From an uncultured Candidatus Saccharibacteria bacterium (lineage in GTDB: Bacteria > Patescibacteriota > Saccharimonadia > CAILAD01 > BJGX01), in NCBI GenBank assembly GCA_964552475.1, contig CAZKFZ010000001.1, positions 128,621 to 192,620 on the forward strand: 64,000 nucleotides of DNA. The letters are read 5' to 3'. Made by a program: the position numbers and the translations under genes. The stretch's first letter is position 1. Each line of letters begins with the position of its first letter. Shown piece by piece: positions 29,548 to 39,053 of the stretch. The notes beneath the pieces are model-generated. The model made no database searches and was not told the origin of the DNA. It saw nothing but the letters and a program-made list of their open reading frames with translations.

Positions 29548-30258
29548 ATGTTCAGTACAATACCGGAAAATTTACTACCTTATCTCATAGGATTCCCTGT
29601 GTTTATGTTATTTGGGTTTCGTGGATGGCGAAACTATCAAAGACTTCACAATCCACTTTCTAAGCTCTTTGCATACAGTGGTTTTGCAGCTGGTATTGCT
29701 TTCGGTAGTTGGTCGGTACCATTCTTATTGCCTATAACCGAACCTGTTATGATAGTAGTGTCGATATTTGGTGATTTTTTTCTGTACGCTATGTTTGCTC
29801 TTCAGGCCTATATAGTATATTATCTCGCCCTAAAAAACCGCATACCTGCTGTATTTATAGTTCTGCCATTTTCTGTATTAGCTTTTTTGGGGTGGTTAGC
29901 CAATTGTTACGGCTATATTCACAATGGCGTATCGGTCGAGAATGGAAAATTCTTGTATACACTGCCAGCGTTTTCTGATTTTGCCCAATTAGTACTACTA
30001 ATAAATGTCTTTATAGTAGGAATACTTATGGTTGGTCGCATTGGGCAACAAACCAATGCTCGTGCCAAGGGCGCGCTTATGGGTATTGGAGCCCTATATT
30101 TGCTCACAGGATTTGCAGGTACTCTAAACGTAATTCTATCTGGCGACCCAAATGGATCACCCTTAATAGTCGCGGGCTACGTAGTTGGGTTTGTGTCTTT
30201 TGTGATAATACTTGCAACTATACGTTTAGTGCAAAGGCCTAAGAATAAAAAACATTAA
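29548..30258 (+). CDS. Hypothetical polytopic membrane protein (236 aa)
   Basis: 6-7 hydrophobic helices. An extended -10 (TGcTATAAT at 29530-29538) sits 9 nt before the ATG. Confidence 0.4.
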   Translation: MFSTIPENLLPYLIGFPVFMLFGFRGWRNYQRLHNPLSKLFAYSGFAAGIAFGSWSVPFLLPITEPVMIVVSIFGDFFLYAMFALQAYIVYYLALKNRIPAVFIVLPFSVLAFLGWLANCYGYIHNGVSVENGKFLYTLPAFSDFAQLVLLINVFIVGILMVGRIGQQTNARAKGALMGIGALYLLTGFAGTLNVILSGDPNGSPLIVAGYVVGFVSFVIILATIRLVQRPKNKKH

Positions 30259-30264
30259 ATAAAT

Positions 30265-31296
30265 TTAGTAGTCAGATCTCTTTGGAAGCTTTAATTCTAT
30301 ACCTTCTGGCATGGGTGTATTCGGTACACTATCAATGCAGTTAACAAGGTTAGATTTAAGTTCTTCTTTATCAATATCTTTACCAATAAACACCAACTTA
30401 GTACTTGGCTCTTGACCAACCCAATTATCCCAAGTTATTTCTGCTCTTACCCCCACTAGATGAAATACATACCGGCGCATATGACCCTTGGTACCTAGAT
30501 TTACAAACCCTTTAGCGCGATAAATATTGGTGGGCAATTGTCTATTAACAAAATTCTGGAATTTCATAGGATCTAGGGGTTTATTTGTTTGCCAGCTAAA
30601 ACTTGAGTACTGATGGTGTAGATGGTCGTGGTGATTTTGCTGAGAAGATTTGTTGTCTTCGACGCTTACTTTACTGCGAGTCTTATATGTATCTTGGTCT
30701 AGAACTAGGCGTATGTCTATAGCGGCGTTTTTGGCCTCAAAAACTCTAGCTCTAGGATTGAAAGAGTTGATAAGTTTCTTTATCTGCTCAACATCTTTTT
30801 TGGGTACTAGATCAGTCTTATTTATTACTATAAAATCAGTAAATATTATCTGGTCGCGAGCACTTTGGTGTTTTTGGGCATTTTTAGTAATATTTTCAGC
30901 ATCTAAAACCGTCACTATACTATCAAGGCGCACCTTAACTCCAATTGTTTGGTGTAGTGTCAGCGCAAGATCTCGAGGTTCAGCAAGCCCGCTTGCTTCT
31001 ATTAGTATGTAGTCAATACCACTTCCGGGATAGGTGAATTGGTCAATTGCTTGTTGTATGTCGAGGGTTTGTAGACTACAACAAATGCAGCCACTAGTAA
31101 GTTCTAGTTGCTTGTCGGTTTTCGACTTAACCAACTCTGAATCAATATTAATATCACCAAAGTCATTTACTACAACACCAATATTTAGACCATGGTTGTG
31201 GGTTAATATATGGTTTAGTAGTGTGGTTTTACCGGAACCCAAAAAACCCTGGATAACAGTTATAGGAATCTTAGTTTTTGGAATGAGTTGTTTCAT
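30265..31296 (-). CDS. COG0523 CobW/YciC/ZigA-family GTPase (putative metallochaperone) with His-rich stretch
   Basis: Walker A GFLGSGKTT, the family-defining GCICCS metal-binding motif, a His-rich segment QQNHHDHLHHQ and a C-terminal CobW_C-like domain. Confidence 0.8.
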   Translation of the reverse strand: MKQLIPKTKIPITVIQGFLGSGKTTLLNHILTHNHGLNIGVVVNDFGDINIDSELVKSKTDKQLELTSGCICCSLQTLDIQQAIDQFTYPGSGIDYILIEASGLAEPRDLALTLHQTIGVKVRLDSIVTVLDAENITKNAQKHQSARDQIIFTDFIVINKTDLVPKKDVEQIKKLINSFNPRARVFEAKNAAIDIRLVLDQDTYKTRSKVSVEDNKSSQQNHHDHLHHQYSSFSWQTNKPLDPMKFQNFVNRQLPTNIYRAKGFVNLGTKGHMRRYVFHLVGVRAEITWDNWVGQEPSTKLVFIGKDIDKEELKSNLVNCIDSVPNTPMPEGIELKLPKRSDY

Positions 31297-31351
31297 CGTT
31301 TAATAATTATATAGTAAAACTACTATTTTGCAGTATTGAAGACGCATCATG

Positions 31352-31381
31352 TTGCCGATGAACTAGTAGCGGTGATATAAT
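31352..31381 (+). promoter_or_regulatory. Candidate promoter with extended -10 (TTGCCG-18 bp-TGaTATAAT) for the response-regulator gene
   Basis: TTGCCG at 31352-31357 and TATAAT at 31376-31381 preceded by TGa. Confidence 0.4.
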
Positions 31382-31417
31382 AATTCTTAAGATTAATAAC
31401 TAGGAATAAATATTATA

Positions 31418-31912
31418 ATGTCAAAAATACTTATTGTAGAAGATGAAATTAGTTTGCGTGATGTTTACGCTGCAAGATTAGAGGCCGATGGCTACCAGAT
31501 AGTTGTGGCAGCAAATGGTGAAGAAGCCCTGGCAACAGCAGTACGCGAAAGACCAGATCTAATACTACTTGACATTATGATGCCGAAAATTTCTGGCTTC
31601 GATGTGCTGGATATTATCCGCACCACACCTGAGATTGCCGATACCAGGGTAATAATGATGACTGCACTTTCTTCGCCCGAAGACCAAAAAAGAGGAGAGA
31701 AACTTGGCGTTAATCGTTATTTGGTGAAGTCCCAAGTAGTTCTTGAAGAGATGGTAAAAACAATTGGCGATGTTCTGCAAGAACCCGTTAAGTCTAGCAG
31801 TCCGCCTTCAGACCTTGTCGGTGGAAGTGGTAACCAGCGTGCGGTTGTTAATGAAGACAATTCTCCAAACAGCCCACAACCGCAGCCCGACCCAACGCCA
31901 CCAGAGTCCTAG
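31418..31912 (+). CDS. Single-domain response regulator (CheY-like receiver) with Pro/Ser-rich C-terminal tail
   Basis: KILIVEDE...LILLDIMMPKISGFDVL...RVIMMTAL receiver motifs; the tail SPNSPQPQPDPTPPES carries no output domain. Confidence 0.8.
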   Translation: MSKILIVEDEISLRDVYAARLEADGYQIVVAANGEEALATAVRERPDLILLDIMMPKISGFDVLDIIRTTPEIADTRVIMMTALSSPEDQKRGEKLGVNRYLVKSQVVLEEMVKTIGDVLQEPVKSSSPPSDLVGGSGNQRAVVNEDNSPNSPQPQPDPTPPES

Positions 31913-32013
31913 AAGTTAATAACAATTTAGATTTAGTTTAACTCCTTAAATATATAGGTTAAGTGCCTGCTACTATTTGGTTGAGTGCTTCTTATCTGAT
32001 AAAATACATAATT

Positions 32014-33324
32014 ATGCGAACACTAATAAGCGAACTACAACAAAAAGCCGGAACAACCCAAACAGTTTCTGGCTGGGTGCACAAAAGAAGGCTGTTGGGT
32101 GGACTAAATTTTATTGTACTAAGAGACAGAAGTGGCTTGGTACAAATACTGACTGAGAGCAAAGAAGAGATTGATAAGCTCGATGGTTTACAGCTGGGTA
32201 CCATACTAACCGTTACTGGCGAGGTGGTAAAAGACGAACGTGCCCCGGGCGGAGTAGAAATACATCGACCTCAACTTAAAGTTGATGTAGCAGTAAAAGA
32301 TGTTATGCCAATTGAGATAGACAAGCCAATTAGTCATAAATCGGAGCATTTAGATACTTTATTTGAAAATCGCGTTCTCAATATTCGTAATATACAAGAG
32401 CAGAAAATATTTAAAATTCGAGCCGATATTAACCGCTATTTTAGAGAGTACTTAACAAAAAATGATTTTATTGAAATTCAAACCCCAAAACTTTTAGCCG
32501 AAGCAACTGAGGGTGGTGCAGAAGTTTTTAAGGTAGATTATTACTCAAAAGAAGCGACTTTAGCCCAAAGTCCTCAGCTATACAAACAAATCATGGTAGG
32601 AGCATATGAGAGAGTTTTTGAAATCGGCCCAGCTTACCGCGCCGAACCAAGCACTACCACTCGACACATGAGCGAAGTAACTATGCTTGATATTGAGATG
32701 GGGTTTGTAAAAAACCATGATGAAGTCTTAGATTTCGTGGCCAAAATGACAATGAGCGTTATAGAGAGTACACAGAAAGAACATAGCGACGACCTAAAAA
32801 GCCTAAATGCGCCAACTATTGCATTGGCGGACGATGTCCCCAAATACACAGTTGAACAAATACATCAGCTTTATAGCAAAGCAAACAACACTGATACAAC
32901 CGAAGAAAAAGACCTGACACCTGCCGAAGAGAGATGGATAAGTGAATATGCAAAGAAAAAACACGGTTCAGACTTAGTTTATGCTACCGAGTTTCCAATA
33001 GAAGCTATGAAGTTTTATCACAAAATCAACCCCGATAACCCTAAAACTGTTTTATGGGGAGATTTGATATTTAATGGTTTAGAGATTTCTACCGTACCGC
33101 TAAGAGAACATAGATACGGCGTTTTAGTAGAACAAATGACTGCCGCCGGTCTGGATGTTGATCATCCTGGTTACAAATATTATCTGCAAGCTTTTAAATA
33201 TGGCTTGCCGGTACATGGTGGATGTGGTTTTGGTATTGATAGATTTGTTGAAAAAATTATTGGTTTACAAAATGTTAAAGAAGCGACCCTTTTCCCTAGA
33301 GATATGCAACGTTTATCGCCATAA
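32014..33324 (+). CDS. aspS: Class IIb aminoacyl-tRNA synthetase, archaeal/eukaryal-type Asp-tRNA synthetase (AsnRS not excluded)
   Basis: N-terminal OB anticodon-binding domain (VSGWVHKRRLLGGLNFIVLRDRSG), motif 2 GPAYRAE and motif 3 GGCGFGIDRF. The track start at GTG 31963 is re-set to ATG 32014 (MRTLISEL). Confidence 0.6.
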   Translation: MRTLISELQQKAGTTQTVSGWVHKRRLLGGLNFIVLRDRSGLVQILTESKEEIDKLDGLQLGTILTVTGEVVKDERAPGGVEIHRPQLKVDVAVKDVMPIEIDKPISHKSEHLDTLFENRVLNIRNIQEQKIFKIRADINRYFREYLTKNDFIEIQTPKLLAEATEGGAEVFKVDYYSKEATLAQSPQLYKQIMVGAYERVFEIGPAYRAEPSTTTRHMSEVTMLDIEMGFVKNHDEVLDFVAKMTMSVIESTQKEHSDDLKSLNAPTIALADDVPKYTVEQIHQLYSKANNTDTTEEKDLTPAEERWISEYAKKKHGSDLVYATEFPIEAMKFYHKINPDNPKTVLWGDLIFNGLEISTVPLREHRYGVLVEQMTAAGLDVDHPGYKYYLQAFKYGLPVHGGCGFGIDRFVEKIIGLQNVKEATLFPRDMQRLSP

Positions 33325-33341
33325 CCAAAGCTTAAAAAACA

Positions 33342-34022
33342 ATGAAAACCTACACAGTCGAACTAGACAATTATAGTGGTCCGTTAGACGTATTATTACG
33401 CTTAATTCAGCGTCAAAAGTTAGATATTTGTGATATTAATTTGGCGATTGTGACTAACGATTATTTACAATTCATGAAAAATACTACATTAGATCAACAC
33501 TCCGCCAACCAGTTTTTAGAGGTTGCTGTAAAACTAATTCTGTACAAATCCAAAGCTTTACTGCCTAGTCAAGATGCGGAACAAAGCGAAGAAGAGATAG
33601 AAGATTTGGCCGAGCAGCTCAGAATATTGTCGCTGTTTCAGCAATCTACAAAAAAATTAATAGACATGCAAAAAAATGCATTCATTCTAAGGCCAATGCC
33701 CAAAAAATTATCTAAAGAAATAGGTTTTTACAATCTTAGTCTAGATAATCTTGTAGATTCTTATAGACAAATTAGTAAAAACTTAAGAACTGTTCCTAAA
33801 AAAACCTTCCATCTAAAACGTCAATCGAATAAACAATTGCAAGAAAAGTTACTTAGTAAATTAGAAAAAATAAGTAAGATTGAAATATCTAAGTTAAATA
33901 CTCTTGCTCAAACTAAACAAGAAGTAGTAATTCTTTTCATGATGATTTTGAATTTACTAAGTACTGATAAAGCTAACCTTAGTACCAATAATAATAATTA
34001 TAAAATTGAGATCATCAAATGA
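33342..34022 (+). CDS. scpA: Segregation and condensation protein A
   Basis: YSGPLDVLLRLIQRQKLDICDINLAIVTNDYLQF is the typical ScpA N-terminus. Confidence 0.85.
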   Translation: MKTYTVELDNYSGPLDVLLRLIQRQKLDICDINLAIVTNDYLQFMKNTTLDQHSANQFLEVAVKLILYKSKALLPSQDAEQSEEEIEDLAEQLRILSLFQQSTKKLIDMQKNAFILRPMPKKLSKEIGFYNLSLDNLVDSYRQISKNLRTVPKKTFHLKRQSNKQLQEKLLSKLEKISKIEISKLNTLAQTKQEVVILFMMILNLLSTDKANLSTNNNNYKIEIIK

Positions 34023-34537
34023 ACATAGACCTACAAAAACTCCATGCTTATCTATTTGTTAATTCTAGCGGGATTGGTGTAAATAAAATTTGTGAACATT
34101 TCGGCTGGACAACTAAGCAGACTGAAGAATTGCTCAATAATCTGGGTTCATTTTTGCAAAATACAGGTGTTGAACTTGTAAGGCACGGTGATCATGTTGA
34201 GTTAGCTGCTAGACAAAGTCTTGTTTCTGGGCTAAAGTCACTCCAGAAACCCACCGAACAACTTAGTAGCTCCGCTATGGAGGTGCTCGCTATTATTGCT
34301 TATAGTCAGCCTATTACTAGAGACGAAATAGTTCAAATAAGAGGAATAAATAGCGATCAGAGTATTAAGGGTTTATTAGAAAAAAACTTGATCGACTCTG
34401 TAGTCTCGAAAAAAAGTGGCATAAATTTTACACATTTTAAAACTACCAAGCAGTTTCTACACCACTTAGGAATAAATTCAATTTCAAACCTACCAAACTT
34501 AGGAGACACTAGTGAACAAACCAACAAACCCACATAA
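34019..34537 (+). CDS. scpB: Segregation and condensation protein B
   Basis: Tandem winged-helix repeats (AMEVLAIIAYSQPITRDEIVQIRGINSDQSIKGLLEKNLI); ATGA overlap with scpA. Confidence 0.85.
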   Translation: MNIDLQKLHAYLFVNSSGIGVNKICEHFGWTTKQTEELLNNLGSFLQNTGVELVRHGDHVELAARQSLVSGLKSLQKPTEQLSSSAMEVLAIIAYSQPITRDEIVQIRGINSDQSIKGLLEKNLIDSVVSKKSGINFTHFKTTKQFLHHLGINSISNLPNLGDTSEQTNKPT

Positions 34538-35225
34538 AACTCGTCTCAACAAACACCTAGTCGAACTCGGTTTGGTCAATTCTAGAAGAAAAGCCGATAT
34601 AGCTATAAGTGAAGGTATTGTAGAGGTAAATAATAAGATAGCGAAAATGGGCGAGTTGGTAAGTCAAACCGATCACATTACTTTGTCTGGACGTACAGGT
34701 AAAACACAGTCACATATAACTATTATTTTTTACAAACCAACGGGTTATGTCTGTACACACCTAGAAAATGGTCGTTCAAAAACAATTTTCGATTTGTTAC
34801 CTAAAACTTTCAAGTCTCTTAAAATTGCTGGTCGACTAGACAAGAATAGTCAGGGCTTGATGCTGCTTAGCTCAAGTGGAGAGTTGATAAATACAATAGC
34901 TCATCCTAGCTCCCAAAAAGACAAGGAATATATAGTAACTCTAAAATCATCTTTTAATACTAAAGACTTAGCAAGATTGTTGCAGGGTGTAGAACTAGAC
35001 GATGGATTGAGTCTGTTTACAAAAGCAAAAATAATTACTCCACAAAAACTTAGGGTCATATTAAGAGAAGGTAGAAAAAGACAAATACGGCGCACTTTTA
35101 GTGCTATTGGTTACAAAGTCGTGGAGCTGGAGCGTACTCGTATTGGTTCAGTTTCAACTGGTTTACTTAAGTCTGGCGAGTATAGATTTTTAAAAGAAAA
35201 TGAGATTAAAGATATACTAAAATGA
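34512..35225 (+). CDS. Pseudouridine synthase, RsuA/RluB family with N-terminal S4 domain
   Basis: Catalytic Asp motif GRLDKNSQGLMLLSSSGEL, and an S4-like N-terminus (TRLNKHLVELGLVNSRRKA). GTG start with AGGAG Shine-Dalgarno. Confidence 0.8.
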   Translation: MNKPTNPHKTRLNKHLVELGLVNSRRKADIAISEGIVEVNNKIAKMGELVSQTDHITLSGRTGKTQSHITIIFYKPTGYVCTHLENGRSKTIFDLLPKTFKSLKIAGRLDKNSQGLMLLSSSGELINTIAHPSSQKDKEYIVTLKSSFNTKDLARLLQGVELDDGLSLFTKAKIITPQKLRVILREGRKRQIRRTFSAIGYKVVELERTRIGSVSTGLLKSGEYRFLKENEIKDILK

Positions 35226-36136
35226 TGTTATACTTTGTTTTAATTTTAAGCATAGTCACTATGAGTTTGGGACAAAATGTCGCCATAACAGCAACGGCTA
35301 AAAGATTGTCTAGTTTAGAGCAGGCATCAAAGCAAACCAAGAAGACATTCATAGATGTAGAATATAATGAATCTCCAGAACTCAAACAAAATGCCACGCC
35401 AATAAATATTGCCGCCAAGCAAGCTATAATATACGACGTGGGCAGTGGGCGAAGCCTATATACAAAAAACACCGAGGAATCTGTACCTATTGCATCACTT
35501 ACCAAACTAATGACCGCAATGGTAATATTACAAAACCATTCACCAGACGAAATTGTCACCGTACCAAATAATCTTCCTGCCCTACAAGCGAATGACCAAA
35601 AAATAAACCTACAAGTCGGTGAACAGTTTAAATTATCTGAAATGATACGTGCACTTCTTATTTACTCTGCCAATGACGTAGCCAATAGCTTGGCAATCTG
35701 GGATGCCGGCTCCATTGATAATTTTACCTCTAAGATGAATGCCTATGCTAAAACTTGGAATTTAAATAACTCCCGCTTCATCAATCCAACTGGTCTAGAT
35801 GAGATAAATAATCGTAGTTCATCAAATGATTTACTAAAACTTTCAAATATTTTAATTAAGAATAATAGTTTTAGACAGGTGGTTAATACTCAATCTGTTA
35901 CCATTTACAACATCGCTGGAAAGCCTTATGTACTTAATACTACCAACAAAGACCTTGGGTTGTCATATGTGTATGGAATTAAGACGGGTTTTACTGACTT
36001 GGCCGGCCAATGCTTAATTTTGCTCGCACAAAAGGGAGGGCACGAAATAGTAACGGTGGTTCTAAACAGTCCAGACCGTTTTCAAGAATCAAAAAATATG
36101 ATAGACTATACGTTCAATAATTATATTTGGAAATAA
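35222..36136 (+). CDS. D-alanyl-D-alanine carboxypeptidase (PBP5/6-like, peptidase S11)
   Basis: Signal peptide, SxxK active site in PIASLTKLMTAMV, and an SxN-like motif downstream. Confidence 0.75.
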   Translation: MMLYFVLILSIVTMSLGQNVAITATAKRLSSLEQASKQTKKTFIDVEYNESPELKQNATPINIAAKQAIIYDVGSGRSLYTKNTEESVPIASLTKLMTAMVILQNHSPDEIVTVPNNLPALQANDQKINLQVGEQFKLSEMIRALLIYSANDVANSLAIWDAGSIDNFTSKMNAYAKTWNLNNSRFINPTGLDEINNRSSSNDLLKLSNILIKNNSFRQVVNTQSVTIYNIAGKPYVLNTTNKDLGLSYVYGIKTGFTDLAGQCLILLAQKGGHEIVTVVLNSPDRFQESKNMIDYTFNNYIWK

Positions 36137-36142
36137 TTTTAT

Positions 36143-37507
36143 ATGTCTGTCAAAAAAACCCCCACAATAGCTTTAGTCGGATTACCAAATTCAGGTAAGT
36201 CGACAGTTTTTAATAGACTTACGCATTCTTCTCAAGCGATTGTATCTGAAATTGCCCATACTACTCGTGACACTAACCGTAAGATGGCTCATAGTAAATT
36301 TGGGTCTTTTATGATAGTTGATACTGCTGGTTATACCAACGAAAAAAGTAAGATACCTCGGGCCGCTATGCTACAGTTAAAAAATAGCCTTGATACTTCT
36401 GATATGGTGATTTATGTAATTGACGGAACTGTTCAGGTGACTTCTAGTGATAAGGCTTTGGCAAAGGTTATTCGCAAAGCTAACAAGCCAGTAATAGTAG
36501 CGACAAACAAATCTGACAATACCTCTCAGCTTCTCTCTAAAGAATCGTTTAGACAGCTTGGTTTTGAAGATATTATTAATGTCTCGGCAATTCACGGCGA
36601 GGGATTTGATATCTTAGCTAATAAGATAAACAAAATCATGCCAAAAGTAGCGGTGAAGAATAAGAAGGTAGATAAGTCAATTAGAGTTGCTATTATTGGC
36701 CGTCCCAACGTTGGTAAATCTAGTCTACTCAATGCACTAGCTGGCGAGTCTCTCGCAATAGAGGCAGATGTGCCGGGTACTACACGCGACACCAATGAGT
36801 TTGCGCTTAATTTTCATGGCATTAATATTACTTTTATAGACACTGCGGGCCTAAGGCGTCCTGGTAAAATTGCCAAATCTGAAAATATTGAATTTTACTC
36901 TAAGGTAAGAACAGTAAGAGCTATTGAAAACGCTGATGTTTGCTTAATGCTTATAGACTCAAATGACCCGGCAACTGCTCAAGACCAACATTTATTGGGT
37001 ATGATAAAAGACGCTAAAAAAGCATTAATTATTGTCGCAACCAAATGGGATACTATAGATAAAGACACTTATACTATGCCGCAAATCACTGCAATTTTGA
37101 AAAATAAGTTGCAATTTGTTTGGTGGGCACCTTTGATATTTACATCAGCTAAATCTAGACAAAACATCGACCAATTATTAAATCTTATTAAAGATGTTAA
37201 TAATCGCTTAGACTTCAGTATTAGTACACCAAAACTCAATAGGTTCTTAGAAGATGCCAACTCCAAGAATCCACCATCGGCTATCAAGACAAAAAAACCA
37301 AAGGTCAACTATATTACTCAAACCAACACTCGTCCACCTGAATTTACACTTTTTGCCACGCACCCAGAATATATGCACTGGAGCTATACTAGATTCTTGG
37401 AAAATCAACTGCGCTCGCAATATGAGCTTTCTGGTATACCTATATCAATAAAGTACAAGAGCAAATATAAAGAGGGTAACAGAGACAGATATAAGACGAA
37501 AAAATGA
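36143..37507 (+). CDS. der: Ribosome-associated GTPase Der (EngA), tandem GTPase domains + KH-like domain
   Basis: Two G1 motifs GLPNSGKST and GRPNVGKSS, with DTAG motifs in both halves. Confidence 0.9.
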   Translation: MSVKKTPTIALVGLPNSGKSTVFNRLTHSSQAIVSEIAHTTRDTNRKMAHSKFGSFMIVDTAGYTNEKSKIPRAAMLQLKNSLDTSDMVIYVIDGTVQVTSSDKALAKVIRKANKPVIVATNKSDNTSQLLSKESFRQLGFEDIINVSAIHGEGFDILANKINKIMPKVAVKNKKVDKSIRVAIIGRPNVGKSSLLNALAGESLAIEADVPGTTRDTNEFALNFHGINITFIDTAGLRRPGKIAKSENIEFYSKVRTVRAIENADVCLMLIDSNDPATAQDQHLLGMIKDAKKALIIVATKWDTIDKDTYTMPQITAILKNKLQFVWWAPLIFTSAKSRQNIDQLLNLIKDVNNRLDFSISTPKLNRFLEDANSKNPPSAIKTKKPKVNYITQTNTRPPEFTLFATHPEYMHWSYTRFLENQLRSQYELSGIPISIKYKSKYKEGNRDRYKTKK

Positions 37508-37520
37508 TAAAATATATAGC

Positions 37521-38084
37521 ATGAAACTAATTGTTGGACTAGGCAACCCTGGTCGAGAGTATTTATCAACCAGACATAATCTTGGATATATGGTAATAGA
37601 CGAGCTGTGTAGTAGATGGGATATCGCTTTGGGTCCAAATACCAAGCTGAAATCACAAATTTTTACTGGACTCGTTGACGGTCAAACCATAGTTGTTATA
37701 AAACCCGATACCTTCATGAACTTAAGCGGTCAGGCTGTTTACAAGGTTAAACAATTTTATAAATTACACAATAGTGATATATGGGTTGTAAGTGACGATC
37801 TAGACATTGATTTTGGTAAGATTCGTACTAGAGTTGGTGGTAGTAGTGGTGGCCACAACGGGTTAAAAGATATTATCGAGCAAATAGGAAAAGATTTTGT
37901 GAGAATAAGAGTAGGTATTAGAAACCCAAGCTTAGAAAAAGTCTCTTCAGACAAGTTTGTACTTAGTAGATTCAACAAAGTAGAGGTTGAGAAACTTCCA
38001 GAAATAATTCATATGACTAGTGATTGTGTTATAAATTTACTAAAAGATGGAGTGGTGGAGCACAATTCGGTAAAGGTAATTTAA
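37521..38084 (+). CDS. pth: Peptidyl-tRNA hydrolase
   Basis: MKLIVGLGNPGREYLSTRHNLG is the Pth signature. Confidence 0.9.
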   Translation: MKLIVGLGNPGREYLSTRHNLGYMVIDELCSRWDIALGPNTKLKSQIFTGLVDGQTIVVIKPDTFMNLSGQAVYKVKQFYKLHNSDIWVVSDDLDIDFGKIRTRVGGSSGGHNGLKDIIEQIGKDFVRIRVGIRNPSLEKVSSDKFVLSRFNKVEVEKLPEIIHMTSDCVINLLKDGVVEHNSVKVI

Positions 38085-38151
38085 ATACATATTTGTATAG
38101 ACTACATCATATCTTTATGATATAGTTTGTAGCACCATACCAGCCAAAGAC

Positions 38152-38427
38152 ATGGGGATATCAGTAGGTATGAGTAAACACACAACGCCTGAGCTACACC
38201 AAAGACGTCTTACTAAACTTAGTAAGATTATCCAAAGACTAGAGAAGGGTAGTATTTCAAAAAGTGACAAGCAAGATCTACAGATAATTGCTGGTCACTA
38301 TGGTGTAGATCAACCAACTTGTAGTGTAGAAAACATGTATCTGACATGGGCTAAAACCATTTCTGGAGAGATAAGCTCTCATATTCGATCTCTACAGTAT
38401 CATCCCGCAGCAATGTCAACCAACTAA
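38152..38427 (+). CDS. Hypothetical small protein (91 aa)
   Basis: ATG 38152; ends 7 nt before a strong intrinsic terminator. Confidence 0.35.
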   Translation: MGISVGMSKHTTPELHQRRLTKLSKIIQRLEKGSISKSDKQDLQIIAGHYGVDQPTCSVENMYLTWAKTISGEISSHIRSLQYHPAAMSTN

Positions 38428-38431
38428 ATAC

Positions 38432-38878
38432 ATGCCTTGTAACTTTCTAAGTTACGAGGCTTTTTATTTACAAAACATCTTCCTAATAGTATTATCACTT
38501 ATAAGTTTTGTACCTAATACATGTCATGGGGGAGTAGTGCTACATAGAACCATTCAAAAGTGTAGTGGACTTTTACGTTCACAAATAACTCGCCGAGAAA
38601 ATGAGAAGGCGACACGCAAGCTACAGCTTCAAGTTGATGCCAAGAAACTACTAGAAATAAAGGGTGATGCACGAAAGAATGGCTGGTCTCTTTCTCAGGA
38701 GTTAGTGCTATCACAGCTAAGTCTAAGGTACTGCGTGCCTACACCCGAACCGTTGCCAAATATCGTAGGTGATAAATATGGGCAGATAGACGAAAACGAT
38801 CGTTGGGCAAATCTTATACTCCATGAGATTACACAGATACTTAAGAAGTATCGTACCGACCGACCAGTAGGTAGATAG
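38432..38878 (+). CDS. Doubtful ORF (148 aa); the 5' part overlaps the terminator hairpin. A real coding portion, if any, probably starts downstream (e.g. GTG 38537)
   Basis: The ATG at 38432 lies inside the terminator stem. A candidate promoter (TTTACA-17 bp-TATTAT, 38467-38495) follows the terminator. The C-terminal ~100 aa look protein-like, with no internal ATG. Confidence 0.25.
   Translation: MPCNFLSYEAFYLQNIFLIVLSLISFVPNTCHGGVVLHRTIQKCSGLLRSQITRRENEKATRKLQLQVDAKKLLEIKGDARKNGWSLSQELVLSQLSLRYCVPTPEPLPNIVGDKYGQIDENDRWANLILHEITQILKKYRTDRPVGR
38434..38468 (+). terminator. Rho-independent terminator (11-bp stem with one G.U, loop TTCTA, T5 tract)
   Basis: GCCTTGTAACT-ttcta-AGTTACGAGGC followed by TTTTTATTT, directly after the 91-aa ORF stop. 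Confidence 0.7.
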
Positions 38879-38964
38879 TATTATGATAGAAAATTCTACT
38901 TAAGACTGAGTTAAAAATTAGAGATAGAGATAATGAGTTGTAAAAAACTAACTACCAAATTAGT

Positions 38965-38995
38965 GATTAGATTACTCTCACGGCTAAATTGTGAG
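38965..38995 (+). terminator. Rho-independent terminator (CTCTCAC-ggctaaatt-GTGAGAG + TTTTTAT)
   Basis: 7-bp stem plus T-tract on the plus strand downstream of the 38.4-38.9 kb unit. Confidence 0.55.
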
Positions 38996-39033
38996 AGTTT
39001 TTATTTATTAGTAAAATCCCCGTCTACTGTTTT
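38996..39033 (-). terminator. Terminator for the minus-strand MiaE-like gene (10-bp perfect stem CCCCGTCTAC/GTAGACGGGG)
   Basis: Hairpin at 39008-39033; on the minus strand it is followed by ATTTTACTAAT. Confidence 0.5.
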
Positions 39034-39053
39034 GTAGACGGGGTAGAGGTAAC

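Noticed and set aside
38432-38536. N-terminal 35 codons of the 148-aa ORF, including its ATG
   Set aside because: The ATG and following codons form an 11-bp terminator hairpin plus T-tract that ends the upstream 91-aa gene. Translation initiating inside a terminator stem is unlikely.
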